Positions 51,421 to 64,000 of a DNA stretch of 64,000 nt are shown here, piece after piece (positions within the stretch are counted from its first letter, which is position 1; each line of letters starts with the position of its first letter). Both the position numbers and the translations under genes were made by a program. The DNA comes from Eledone cirrhosa. Its lineage: Eukaryota. The notes below the pieces were generated by a model. That model saw only the letters and a list, made by a program, of their open reading frames with translations. It searched no databases and was not told the origin of the DNA. Location of the stretch: contig OZ024742.1 in the NCBI GenBank assembly GCA_964016885.1, positions 142,786,001-142,850,000 of the forward strand, written 5' to 3'.

Positions 51421-54299
51421 TCTTTGGGGGTCTCAGGATATGCAATCTTTGTGCGTCCATCCCATGCCTCCCAGGTCCATTGCTAGTTTGTACAGCATGA
51501 AATGGAGACTGCAATATATTTTTCGAACAGGCCCTTCTCTCATTCAATGTGGGAGTCGGACTGCACCAAAGGTGCATACTGTGCATATTATTTACATGAA
51601 CAGGATTGACATGTGCAGCTGGGCTGGAAGTGGAATCATGACTGGCAGATATAAAACCTTCCTATAGATCAAAGGATCTATAGTTTAAGTCGATTCTAGA
51701 CTTTGTGGGATGTTACTCTCTCTGAATATCTAACACTTTAATTGTATCTCTCTCTGTATAATGGCCTATCTCTCTCTTTCTGCCTCTCCCTCTGTGTCTC
51801 TCTCTCTTTAGATGTGTGTGTATGTATTTGTGTGTGTGTGTACATGTGTAGCTTTTGTGATTCAACCAACCAACCAATAAACATCTCTCTTTTATATTAT
51901 ATATAGATATAGATTAGTTTTTATTGCCTATTTATATTTATTTACTGTTTTATTTATTTATTTAGTTAGTTTATATATGCTTGAGGTTAATGAGTGGGGG
52001 GGTGTCAAGGATTCTACAAAAGTGATCAATGTCTAAAAGGTTTGGGAATCTGTAAGCTATGCAAATCAAATCAAACATGGGTTCTAGCCATTTGCCAGGA
52101 ATTAGTAGTGCCTGTCTATTAAGAGTAAGTGAGGAATTTATGTTACATTCTTTGTATCTGCAATGGTTATTAACATTGTTTAATGTGAAAGTAAATTCTA
52201 GAAAGTATGGATCTTGTTTTCAGCTACACAGTAATTTAATTCTTTCTAACATTGACACAAGGTCATCAATTTGGAGGAAGAGGAAAGTCAATTATATCAA
52301 CGCCCCCGTACCTAACTGGTACTTTATTTGATTAAAAGATGAAAGGCTAAGTTAACAGTGAACTGAGAACATAGTAAGTCATAACTAAATACCACAAAGC
52401 ATTTTATCCAGCATTCTACCAATATTGCCAATCCACCACCCTAGCTGTTCAATAATTTAATACAAACCTATTGTGTCAGACACTCCATTAACCCTTTAGC
52501 ATTTAAACTGGCTGTATCCAGCCAGAATTCTCTCACCTCTTTTTGTTCAAACAAGATAAATGTGTGAGATAAAGCCTTCATCACAAAAATATAATAGTAA
52601 ATATAGAGTAATGTAAATGCTAAAGGGTTAAAGCATTTTTATCATAATCATCATTTTATATACACTTTCCATGCTGGCATAGTTTGAAGAACTTTGTCTT
52701 GCTTGTACATTCCATTTTTGGCATGGTTTCTACAGCTGCATTCCCTTACTAATGCCAACCACATTACAAAATGTACAGGATACATTTTATCATGGCAGTA
52801 GTACAACTGCTTTACAGAGTGTACTCCATGCACTTTATCATGACACCAGAATTTGCACTTTACTGCTGAGGTCAATTTTGCCTTTCATCCCTTTGGGACC
52901 AATAAAATAAATTAAGAACCAGACCAGAGCAGTAGATTGGTAAAGTTGTTAGAGCATCAAAGAAGATGCATTGTGATACTTGTTTTAACTCACTGGTCTC
53001 TGAGTTCAAATTCTGCTGAAATCAACTTTACCTTTCATCCCTCCAAGGTTAATAAATAAAGTACCAAAAAAGACAATGGAATGCAGAATTGTTAGAACTT
53101 CAAACATATTCTGGCTTTGTGCATTCTTTGTTTAAACCCTGCCTCTTCTCACTAGAAAAATAATGACACGATAGAATTGGAGTTCTTGTCAACAAAACAC
53201 TCAAGAAACCTTTTATGAATTGTAAGCTCATTGAAGGCTTGCTAAACCTGCACTGGTGTAATAACATAATAATAATGGTTTCTGATTTAGGCAGGATTTG
53301 AACTCAGAATGCAAAGGGCCATAACTCTATGCTGTAAAGCATGTTGTCCAACATTCTACCAATCCACCGCCCTACACTTAATAATGATTTCTGATTTAGG
53401 CACAAGGCCAACAATTTTAAGGGGAGGGGAAAGTCGATTAAATCGACCCCAGTGCATTACTGGTGCTTTATTTTATCGACCCCATAAGGATGAAAGGCAA
53501 AGCTAACCTCAGCAGGATTTGAACTCAGAACGTAAAGGGGTGTAACTCTATACTGCGAAGCTTAATAATAATACACCTTACTGTCATGAACATATTTTTA
53601 TGTCTACAAATATGACAACTGCTTAATAACCAGAGAGAGTGAGTGCATAGTAACTGTTGTTTTAAACATTTATACAATAGACTATTGACGAAGGGGGTCC
53701 TTCTGCTCAACACCAGATGAGATATCCCATTGATTCCGACTTGAACTCATTCTTGTAGTTCACTATCCACTATGTTACAAAGACATCACCTCACTGTAAC
53801 CCTGAGTGCTAGGTCTTGCCAAAGGGTCATGCGTGGTTTGGTCTGGTACTGCTTATTTACATATTTGCAGCTAATCCCAGTGAAACTATTCCCCTATCTG
53901 CAACCTGCTAGTACCTATCTCTCTTTCTCCACAACTATTATAAAAATCTTGTCTTTAAATCAGTGAACTAATTTATCTATAAATCCCGGAGAACTGTACA
54001 TCAGGTATTGAAATAATGTTTCTTCAAATTTACCTTATTCTATTTTCAAAGAAACAATATATAACATTTAATCCTGTAGTGAAATAATGAGCCTTTAAAT
54101 CCTGGAAATGGTAAATCCAGTTAGTGAACTACTGCAACTCATCTACAGATGAGAACTTAGCCATTGAAAGATTAACATTATTCAAGCTCAAGTCAGATAT
54201 TCTTAATGCATTACCCGTCGCACAGGTTAACAAGAGTGCATTCTGATGAGGTACTGACTCTGATCAGTGTTCGATAAATGAGCTACACAGCCAAAACCA

Positions 54300-56110
54300 A
54301 GCTTACTTAAATGTAAAAAATACACTGCTATATCAACTGTTAACATTGGTATCTTGAATTTAATCAACCAACTACCGGAACTTACCATATCTGCTATTAA
54401 ACAGAATGTTGACATTATCTGTATTCAGAAACAATGTTCTAAATATAGCGAACTTGAACTTAAATATTTTGATGCTGGAAATAGATGGGCTTTTATAAAG
54501 ACTTGTCAAAATTCAAGCTAAATGCCATGCGTGAGGAGAGATCACTTCAAAATTCTTCTTGGAAAACTACCTGGGATCTCTATTAATCCAATCAAAAAGA
54601 TTATTCACAATCAATCAACTAGACATTCAGCTTGGAGCATTCTTTTAAGACAAACTAGAGACAGTTATGAAGTCAGCTGGACTGGATGAAATTCCTCCTG
54701 AGGTGTGGGAGATGAGAAAATTTGATGACATTCTTTCTGCAATGTCATTTACCATCAAAGCTATGAGAAATGGACAAAATGATGCATCCTTCTCCCAAAG
54801 AAAGGTGACGTGGATGTCATAAAGAATTATAGAGGAATTACCCTTACAGCTAAAGCCACCAACATTTCTAATGCAATGCTACTCAATCACATGAGGTTGA
54901 AAAGGTACAGAGGAAGAACCAAAATGGTTTCTGCAAGAACAGCTCTACATACATCCTCAAAGATTTTTGCAATTCAGTGAATCCTAGGTGTATGAACAAG
55001 AAATCTCAAAGCAATTTTTCAAAGGCTTTTGACTCCAAATGGAGGAAATAAGCCTGGCATATAGCATACCAAAAGAAATTTTGAGTGCAATAATACCCAA
55101 GTATGGGTACAATTTCTGAACAGCCACATTTTTTGACATTGTAGCTGGTATGCTACAGGGTGATACACTGACTCCTTACCTATTCAGAATCTGTCTGAAT
55201 TGTGTGCTTTGAATGTTAGTTGACAAGATGAAAGAGAACAGCTTCACTCTGAAACCAGCAAGAAGCAGATGCTATTCAGCTGAGATCATTACCAATGCTG
55301 ACTTTGCAGATGATCTTGTAATGATATTGGATACAGTACATGAAGATTTGGAGACAGCAGACAGAGGTATCAGACCCTATGTGAATGAAGTTAAAACAGA
55401 ATACATGTTACAACCAGGATGATGGTATAAATTCACAATTTGGTAAACCCCTGAGAGAAGTTGACCAGTCCACCTATCTTGGAAGCAAGATCTCGAAAGC
55501 AGATTTCACTGAAAGCGATGTAAATACGTACACCAGCAAAGCTTGGGATACTTTGGAAAAGCTGATTACAATCTGGAAATCAAAGCTCCTCAAAATTTTT
55601 CCAAGCGACAGTGGGGTCAGTCCTGTTGTACTGATGTACTATGTGGACACTCACGAAGTACCTCGAGAAGAGACTAGATAGCCGTTACATTATTCTACAT
55701 TTACTATTGTATTTTCACAATAAAGGCTTTATCTCACATAATATTGAATCTGAGATTTTGATATTATTTATTTTGAGAACAATACCTTAACATCAGTATG
55801 TGTGGCTGATTACAGAGGTGAGAAATACAGCTGGTTTAAATGCTGAAGGGTTAAACATATTCTGGAAGCAGCACCCTACAAAAAAGCAACGTAACCACTA
55901 CCTACCTGCAATCTCTCATCTCATCAAAAAGAGACGAACCAGATTTACGGGACACTACTAGAGAACACAGGAAGATATTGTTATGGACACCAAAGCATGG
56001 GCATTCCAAAGTGGGCAAAATCACAGAATCTACATCAAACAGCTATGTGAGGATGCTGAGTGCAATCTGGAGTGTCTGAACAATGGACATCCGAGATTGA
56101 TAAAGAGTGA
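54300..56110 (+). mobile_element. Decayed RTE-type LINE (EN and RT remnants)
   Basis: VDIICIQ, NYRGITL, GMLQGDTLTPYLF, DFADDL, YLGSKI motifs. Confidence 0.75.
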
Positions 56111-56829
56111 GTCATGGTCATCCATGCAACCAGCAGGAATTTGTAACAACTGAATGCTATTCCTACAAGCAAGGCTGCAAGTTGACAGAATTGCTAGTTT
56201 TTGACAAAATGCCGTGATATATGCTGGCTCTTTGTTTTGAGTTTAATTCCATCAAAGTCAGCTTTGCTTTCCATCCTTTCATGGTTGATAAATAAAAGTA
56301 CCAATCTAGCATGGACTAGCAGAATCAGAGAGGATGTTTTGCAGTACTTTATTTGGCTATTTGGGTTCTGAGATTAAATTCTGTCTTGATACTTAGATGG
56401 CAGGCTTAATCTGTCACCCAGTTTAACACTACCACATAGCCCCTCTGTTGCAAGCATTCAGACCAGATCTCATAAGTTTAGAAGCCCTGACATTACCCTT
56501 ACTTTTGGCTAACTAATAATAAAGAACAAAACTGTATCAAAGATCCTGATTACTGATCTCTTAACTTCTAATGAAGTTGTAGGAACAGCATTGACTTACA
56601 GTGTGTCTTGGGCAATATAAAGCCTGGTGGCACCTGTCTCTAAAGTTTTGCCTACAGTTGATTTCTACCTGTATGTGTGTGAGACAGAGAGAGAGAGATT
56701 CTCTATCACTTTATTTACCAACTCTGAAACGATGAAAGGCAAAGTTGGCAGGATTTGAACCCAGAATGCAGAGAACTGGAGTGAATACTGCAAGCATTCT
56801 ATTCAAAACCCTAATGTATCTGCCAATTC

Positions 56830-57110
56830 TCTGCTTTGTGTCAAAGTACCTTGTCCAAATTACAAGCGGCAACATGGTGCAGTCTGTGACTAACCCAGGC
56901 TCTGATGCACTTCGGGCTGAGAAGGGTAAACTCCAAATATTGGTCGCTCTCCGACAGGCTTGCGGTTGATCCTGTGGCAGTGGAGATTTCTGGTGCCCTT
57001 GGCCCTAGGGCCACCTCACTGCTCACCACAATCAGCACAGAGTTGGCTACTCACAGGTGTGAGCCTCATACGCTGGAATGGCTCTTCCAGCACATCTCCC
57101 TCATGCCAGG
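56830..57110 (+). mobile_element. Decayed CRE-like RLE C-terminal fragment
   Basis: AEKGKL...KY..L...PVAVEISGALGPRA...WLFQHISL. Confidence 0.6.
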
Positions 57111-60100
57111 ACTGCCAGCGTGTGGGCCTCCATTTTCTCACAATAGTGAGAGATGGATAGAGTGGGAGAGACGGAGACAGTGGGAGTTTAGACCTGGTGT
57201 ATATAAGAGGGAATGAGTCTAAAAGCTGTTTCTTGTACAGTAAACATTATTAGTAACTTCGTCATCATTGTTAACAAGATGGATTCTTCAGTAAAATTCT
57301 AACCCTTGTTTGTGAGTATATCTACTTCAGAGGCAGTAAAATGTAAAAAAAAAATAATAATAATAATAATAAAATAAATGAAAAAAAATCAATAAACCTT
57401 ACTGTTGTAAAATGAAATCAATAACAATGTAACACAAAGCTACCATTTCTTTTAATATAGAAAATGTAGATTTAATGATTTTTAATATAACAAATGTAAA
57501 AACAGAACCATGTTATGTAGATGTGTATGTAAGGAGATAAAGTTAAAACACTTTATCTAAATCATTGTCTTCCGTGTGGTAAAGTTCACTAAGTAACCGG
57601 TATACATAGGAAGGGGCATTGCCACCTCTGCAAATAGAATAAAATGACATGGGATTTAATTAGATTTAAAAAGAAAACAACATATGTTTGTGTTGTTAAA
57701 TCAATATCAAACATAAATTAACATACATCATCATCATGGGTAGATATGTAGTACAATGCTTACAACATGGTAGTGAGACATGGGAAATGAATGTTGTGGA
57801 TAGATGACGGCTATAAAGAAATGAATTGAGCATGCTCTGCTGGAAGTGTTATGTTAGTAACCATGAATGACAAAGTACAGATGAATTGAGAGAAAAACTG
57901 AGTATAAAATAGATCATATGTAGTTTGCAGCAAAGAAGATCAATACAGACAATTGTTTCTACTTTAGGCACAAGGCCAGCAATTACCCAGTGCATTAGTG
58001 GTACTTTATTTTATCGACCCCGTAAAGATGAAAGGCAAAGTCAACCTCGGCGGGATTTGAACTCAAATCGTAAAGGGACGTATAATGAATATAGATGATG
58101 ATTGCTAAGTGAAAAAGTGCCAGGAATTCCAGGTGAAAGGAAACCACGAAAGAGGAAGACCAAGGAAGATTTGGGTGTAAAAGCTAAAAGCTGGTATTAG
58201 GATACCGAGCCTCACAAAGGAAAGAAATAAGAAATGTTGCAATGCAAAAAAGAGGACATGTCTAACTCATGCAAAGATGGAAAAATGGGTGTAAATATGA
58301 TGATATTGATCATGATCATCTTTTTACATGTTTTTTTTTTCAATCTGGCTTGGGTTGAACAAGTGTGGTATATATACCACTGATGTTTGGGGAAATGGGG
58401 GGCATAAATGAACAAGCTTTAAATATCATCTATATAAAGATGCACATACACACATATATGTTTATATAAAGAAGAGGATGTTTTATGAATATGTGTATAT
58501 ATAACAATCTATCTTGTCATGGACTTTGGAAAATGGATGTAAAATTACAATGAAAATAGAAAACTGCAATTCGATGTGTGAAATGATGCCAACAGACTTA
58601 ACAACCACAAAGTTAACTCCCAATATGATAGAAGACAAAGAAGAAAATGAACTTACATGTTAGAAATAAACAAAGTAACAAGTTCTGGTGGAACGTAGTC
58701 AAAGACAGGGTTGCAAATCTGTACCTTAGATACAATGGCACTCTCAGAAAATTTCACAACATCATTGGGACTCACAAAACGATTGAAAGCATCCTGAAGG
58801 AGAAAGGAGGATTTATACAGAAACTGGATTATATTTTCAAAATAACAGGATCAATATAAATCTGTACAGTACAAGTGTTTCATCCTTTATCAACACACAA
58901 CCCAACAATCTCATTATATTTCTCTTAACAACATTCATCACTGGTTCTATTTCCATCATCCTCTGCAATTCATTGTTTGATTATCTTTCTTTTAGTGATA
59001 CTCTACTCATCCACCAGACCAATCTCATTTCTGTTCTTTCCAGCCATGTCTGTTGCTTCACATTCATCACCCATAAATCACATGGTACTATTCACACATG
59101 CAGAATACAATTTTCCTCTCAGCTTCAATGACACTCCCCTCCTCATTAGCTCACCACTCAGTTCCAGGAACTTCTTCTATGCATATCTCACTTGAGATGG
59201 TTGCAGAGTCTGATACACCCTCTCCATTCAACATATCTTCAAGGTAACAAAACATTTTCACATTTTCCATCTTCACATCATTTTCAAGATCTGGCTCAAC
59301 ATCCTCTCCATTTGTAGCTCCCTCCATACACACTTTACACTTAAATGTAACCACCACATTATTTTATAAACCCTTTACAACACATTTTTTATATACATCT
59401 GATACAATAAAAATAACAAAATCTCAAAACACCAAGCGCACGACTTATTATGTTAAGTGGTGACAAATTAGCAGAAGCATTTGAATATCAGACAAAATGT
59501 CTTGCAGTCTTTAGTTTGGCTCTTTGGTATTCTAAGTTCAAATTCCATTGGGATTGATAAATAAAGTAGCAGTATAGGGTGGTGGAGGCAGTGAATTGGC
59601 AGAGTTATTAGAACGTCGGATAGAATGCTTTATGGTATTCATTCCAGCTCTCTGCTCCCTGAGTTCAAATCCCACTAAGGTCAACTTTGCCTTTCATCCT
59701 TTCGAGGTCGATAAAAAAAATACCAGTCTAGTACTGGGGTCGATTCTTCCTCTATTTGGAAGAAATCTGCTGTACCCAGGCATGGAGTGGGATGGGCTCT
59801 GCCAGGTTTAAAATGCCCAAGAAATGCCATATGTCAATACGACGCCCCTACAACTTTAACAGGAGTTACGGGACCAGACCATAGGGTGGTGAACTGGCAG
59901 AGTCATTGGACAAGCTGTTCTGTGGTGTTTATCCTGGCTCTTTCTGTTCCAAGTTCAGCATTGCCTTTCATCCTTTCTGGGTCGGTAGAAAATGAGTGGA
60001 ACTACATGGTGGCTCTATTTTCAAGCATTTATCCAATTGTCAGTATGCAGAAATACATATAGTGTGAATATGGATTCGTAAAAAGAGCATATAATACAGA

Positions 60101-60397
60101 AATACATACCTGATCATATGAACACAAATACTGAGGAGATAATTTAAACATAGCAGCTACTACAATCAGCTAAAAAATATAAAGAAAACAAAATAAAATC
60201 ACATGATATATTTAGACATTAAATTTCTGTATTTGATGGAATATAAGACACATTTTCTCATTACCCACCCATTAATACACACACACACACGTATTAAATT
60301 TATGTCAAAATTTCAATTTGGGGGGAATATAAGCCAGACTGATTAAAATAAGTAACTCTAAATAATAAAAAAGCCTCCCTATTCGTTGGTCTGGCTT

Positions 60398-63300
60398 ATC
60401 ATCATCATCACCGTTTTACGTCCGTTCTTCCACGCTAGCATGGGTTAGACGGGTTGTCCTGTTGTGGGCAGTGTCTGGTCGGCTGACCATGCCTTGCTCA
60501 TACAGGAACTGATTTGGCTTGATTTCTACAGCTGGATGCCCTTCCTAACACCAACCTCATTTACAGTGAGTGCTGGGTGCTTTTTCTGTGGCGCCTACAC
60601 GTCCACTTTACAGTGTGGGCTGGGTGCTTTTCTGCTGTGGCACCTCCACGACCACTTTGTGGTGGGGGGTGTGGGGGCATATTGTCTATATGCTTCAGCT
60701 TGTACCCATGGGAGGTCGGATACTCTGTATTACTGTGTGACGCCAGAGGTCACGGTCGTGTCATTGCCTTTGAGAGGTGTAATTGGGTAAGGTCGGCTTT
60801 TATCACCTCATCCCAGGTCATCTTGGGTCTCCCCACTCCGCGGTTTCCATCGACTTCTAGTGCTCTGCACCTTTTTATGCAGCTGTCATCCTTCATACGC
60901 ATCACATGTCCATACCAGCGCAACCGCCTCTCCTGCACACAGCATTTGATTCCTCTTATGCTCAGTCTCTCTCTCAATTCATTTATGCTTTGTCGTTCAC
61001 GTATATTACTGTTACACATCCATCGGAGCATGCAGGCTTCGTTTCTCTCTAATCTATGTAAGTCTTCCACCTTCAGCGCCCAGGTCTCACTACCATGCAA
61101 CATCGCTGTTCGGATACACGCATCATACAGTCTGCCTTTCATTCTGAGAGAGAAGCCTTTTGCAGCTAGCAGTGGTAGTAGTTCCCTAAACTTCTTCCAT
61201 CCCGTTCTTACCCTAGTTATTGTACTTTTTGAACACCCACCTCCGCTGCTAATTCGGTCACCTAGGTAGCAGAAGCTGTCTACTGTTTCTACAGAGCCCT
61301 CCCAGAGATTGGTGGTACTTGTTTCCTGTGGCTGTTTGCTGCTTGCTGTCCCAGCACAGCTGCTGCATGTGAAGCTTACATTCTTAATTAAGCTTCCTGA
61401 GATCCCGTTACATCTGTTGTGTACCCATTGTTTGCATTTGGGGCAGAGAATGGAGTTCCTACCTACACCTTTCCTACATACTGAGCAAGGCCATTTCTCT
61501 GAGGGGATCTGGGTTCTGTTTTCTCTTCTACTTACAAGGACCTTAGTCTTTGTCATGTTGACTTTGAGACCCTTTCTTTCTAGTCCCTGCTTCCAAGTTT
61601 GGAATTTATTCTCTAGTTCTACCATAGATTCAGCTATAAGTGCGAGGTCATCAGCATACAGGAGTTCCCATGGGCATCCGGTCTTAAACTCCTCCGTTAT
61701 TGCCTGCAGGACTATGATGAACAGGAGGGGGCTAAGAACAGAGCCCTGGTGGACCCCAACCTGTACGCTAAATTCCTCGCTATACTCATTGCTAATCCTA
61801 ACTTTGCTGACTGCTCCCCTATACATGGTTTGAACCGCTTTCACAAGCCATTCATCTACTCCTAGTTTTCTAAGAGCCCACCAGATTACAGCACGTGGAA
61901 CTCTGTCAAAGGCTTTCTCAAGGTCGACAAATGTCAGGTAGAGTGGCTTACTTTTAGCTAGGTACTTTTCCTGTAACTGCCTCACAAGGAAGAGGGCATC
62001 AGTGGTCCCTCTTCCTGGTACAAACCTAAATTGCATCTCGTCTAGTTACACCCGGTCCCTAATCAACTGTGCTATAACTCTTTCTGTTACTTTCATGACC
62101 TGGTCCATCAGCTTTATACCTCGATAGTTTCCTCTATCTAGTGCATCACCTTTACCTTTGTAGCAGTTGACAATGATGCTACAGCACCAATCTTTTGGTA
62201 CGACACCTTCTAGTATTACCTGGTTAACAATATGTGGTTATAGTGTGACCTACAGACCCAGATGCCTTCAGCATCTCGGCAGCTATACCCGATGAACCGG
62301 TTGCCTTCCCCATCTTCATATCTTTGATTGCCTTACTTACTACGTTGCTGCTGGCCCCTCTATAGGGTCTACTTGGGGTAGGGTCTCTTCTTCCCATGCA
62401 TTCTCCTCATTTAGTAATCTATCATAATGACTCTTCCATGCATCTTTCTTCTCAGCACTCGTGAGGGCAAGCTCACCTTTATCATTCCGGATACACTTCT
62501 CTCCAATGACATCACAACTCTCTCTGACACACTGCCTCGCAATCTTGAACACCTCCTGTTTCTGGTCCTCACGTTGCAAAACATGCTTGAATTTTCTATC
62601 CTCTGCTTCCCTCCTAGCTAAGTATACTTGTCGCCTAGCTTCCCTCTTGGTCTCTATGAAATGTACCCTGCTCCCCCCATTCTTCCATTCTTTCCATGCC
62701 TGTCTCTTGGCCTTAACTGCCTCATCTACCTTATTGTTCCACCACCAAGTCACTCTCCTCCTGCTTGAGGTCTTACTCCAGCCACAGACCTCATCCGTCG
62801 CCTCTAGTAAGTTATTTTTTAGGAACTCCCAGTTCTCTTCTACATTGAATGTCTCTATCTGTTCTTCTTTACTGTCGTAGACGTTGAGTAAAATATCTTT
62901 AAATCTGTTACTGGTTGAGGGGTCTTTCAGCTTTTAGATCTTTCTTCTCCAGGTTGGCCTGTGTTTCCAGGTTCGTCTAGTTCTGACTGTGAGGTCGCTG
63001 ACAACTAAGTTATGTTGGGAGGTACATTCCTCACTAGGGAAGGCTTTTGTGTTTACGACCGAGACCTTTGGCAGTACTCAGTAATAGAGAAGACCCGCCT
63101 AACCTAAATACAAAGTAAAACCTACTACAGTCAGTAGGCATCTCTAACAAAATACCCCCCCCCCCCCCATCCACACCGCCCCTTTCAATCTTTCAATGTA
63201 AAGTTATGTTGGTGCCACAAAATCCAGGCCGAAACAAATGAGATCGTGTAGGTGTCACGACAAAAAACACACAGTCCACGCTGTAATGTGACCGTGTAGG

Positions 63301-64000
63301 CAACACGGTAAAAACCTCCCAGTCCCACACTGTAAATGTGGTTGGTGTTAGGAAGGGCATCCAGCTGTAGAAAACCTGCCAGACAGTCCACGCTGTAATG
63401 TGGCCGTGTAGGCAACACGGTAAAAACCTCCCAGTCCCACACTGTAAATGTGGTTGGTGTTAGGAAGGGCATCCAGCTGTAGAAAACCCGCCAGACAGTC
63501 CACGCTGTAATGTGGCCGTGTAGGCAACACGGTAAAAACCTCCCAGCCCCACACTGTAAATGTGGTTGGTGTTAGGAAGGGCATCCAGCTGTAGAAAACC
63601 TGCCAGACAGTCCACGCTGTAATGTGGCCGTGTAGGCAACACGGTAAAAACCTCCCAGCCCCACACTGTAAATGTGGTTGGTGTTAGGAAGGGCATCCAA
63701 CTGTAGAAAACCCGCCAGACAGTCCCATGCGAGCAAGACAACCACTCTTGCCTCAAGTGGGAAAACTCCCGTCCAAACCCATGCAAGCGTGGAACATGGA
63801 CGTTAAACGATGATGATGATGATGATGATGATGACCGTCCATCTGTCACGTCCTCTGATGAGGATAAAATCTATCTGACTAGAGTGCTCCCCTGATCTAT
63901 AGGTGATCAGATGGTTGTCGGGTTTTTTAAAGTTTGTGTACATATCGACATGTCATTGGCATCGCAGAATTCCAGAAGTCTGAATCCTTCCTCATTTCTT
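60398..64000 (-). mobile_element. Relatively young RTE LINE (EN-RT-C-term) with a few disruptions; runs off the window end; interrupted at ~63061-63833
   Basis: FVDLEKAFDRV, GVHQGSVLSPLLF, YADDL, FCYLG in ORF 60750-62036; EN motifs QIDFIL and SQHNLV flank the insertion; (GAT)n 3' tail. Confidence 0.92.
63062..63832 (+). mobile_element. SINE-like non-autonomous element with four internal 112-bp tandem units, inserted in the RTE
   Basis: Units start at 63271, 63383, 63495, 63607; (GAT)n tail; GACCG duplicated at both junctions; relative at ~38663-39090 (-). Confidence 0.85.

Noticed and set aside
54235-54290. CTGATGA plus hairpin plus CGATA
   Set aside because: GAAA is absent and there is no room for helix III and an NUH triplet.
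57250-57300. Minus-strand CTGAAGA-hairpin-GAAG
   Set aside because: Core mismatch, no closing pair for stem II and no stem I.
63271-63724. Regularly spaced repeats resembling a CRISPR array
   Set aside because: Whole 112-bp units repeat with no unique spacers; SINE core sequence; eukaryotic context with no cas genes.
63850-63890. CTGATGA followed by a small hairpin
   Set aside because: No GAAA or helix III; it is the antisense of RTE endonuclease coding sequence (DFILIR).

Overview
AT-rich, microsatellite- and SINE-dense eukaryotic genomic DNA; the repeat content suggests an octopus/coleoid cephalopod (inference). I reconstructed three spliced genes by hand with consistent GT-AG phases: (1) the 3' 11 coding exons of an SLC4A11/BOR-type transporter (+, 266-19290; 5' part lies upstream of the window); (2) a complete 7-exon SERBP1/HABP4/Vig RNA-binding protein gene (-, 24533-20340), tail-to-tail with SLC4A11; (3) a complete 4-exon ZNF367 gene (+, 25020-45459), head-to-head with SERBP1 across 486 bp carrying CRE, CArG and E2F motifs. 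The rest is decayed RTE and CRE-clade LINEs, tRNA-derived SINEs, hAT/piggyBac-type MITEs, Helitron-like elements and a 2.6-kb CA/CCA minisatellite. Most notable signal: short elements, mostly next to dinucleotide microsatellites, carrying minimal type I hammerhead ribozyme motifs of the Penelope-like type. One looks intact (33385-33455, sense in ZNF367 intron 1), three are decayed or imperfect, and two long palindromes look like hammerheads folded back on stem II. The SLC4A11-like protein also has Asn (AAC) at the conserved TM8 acidic site, one A-to-I edit away from Asp. All assignments are by eye; no search or folding program was run.
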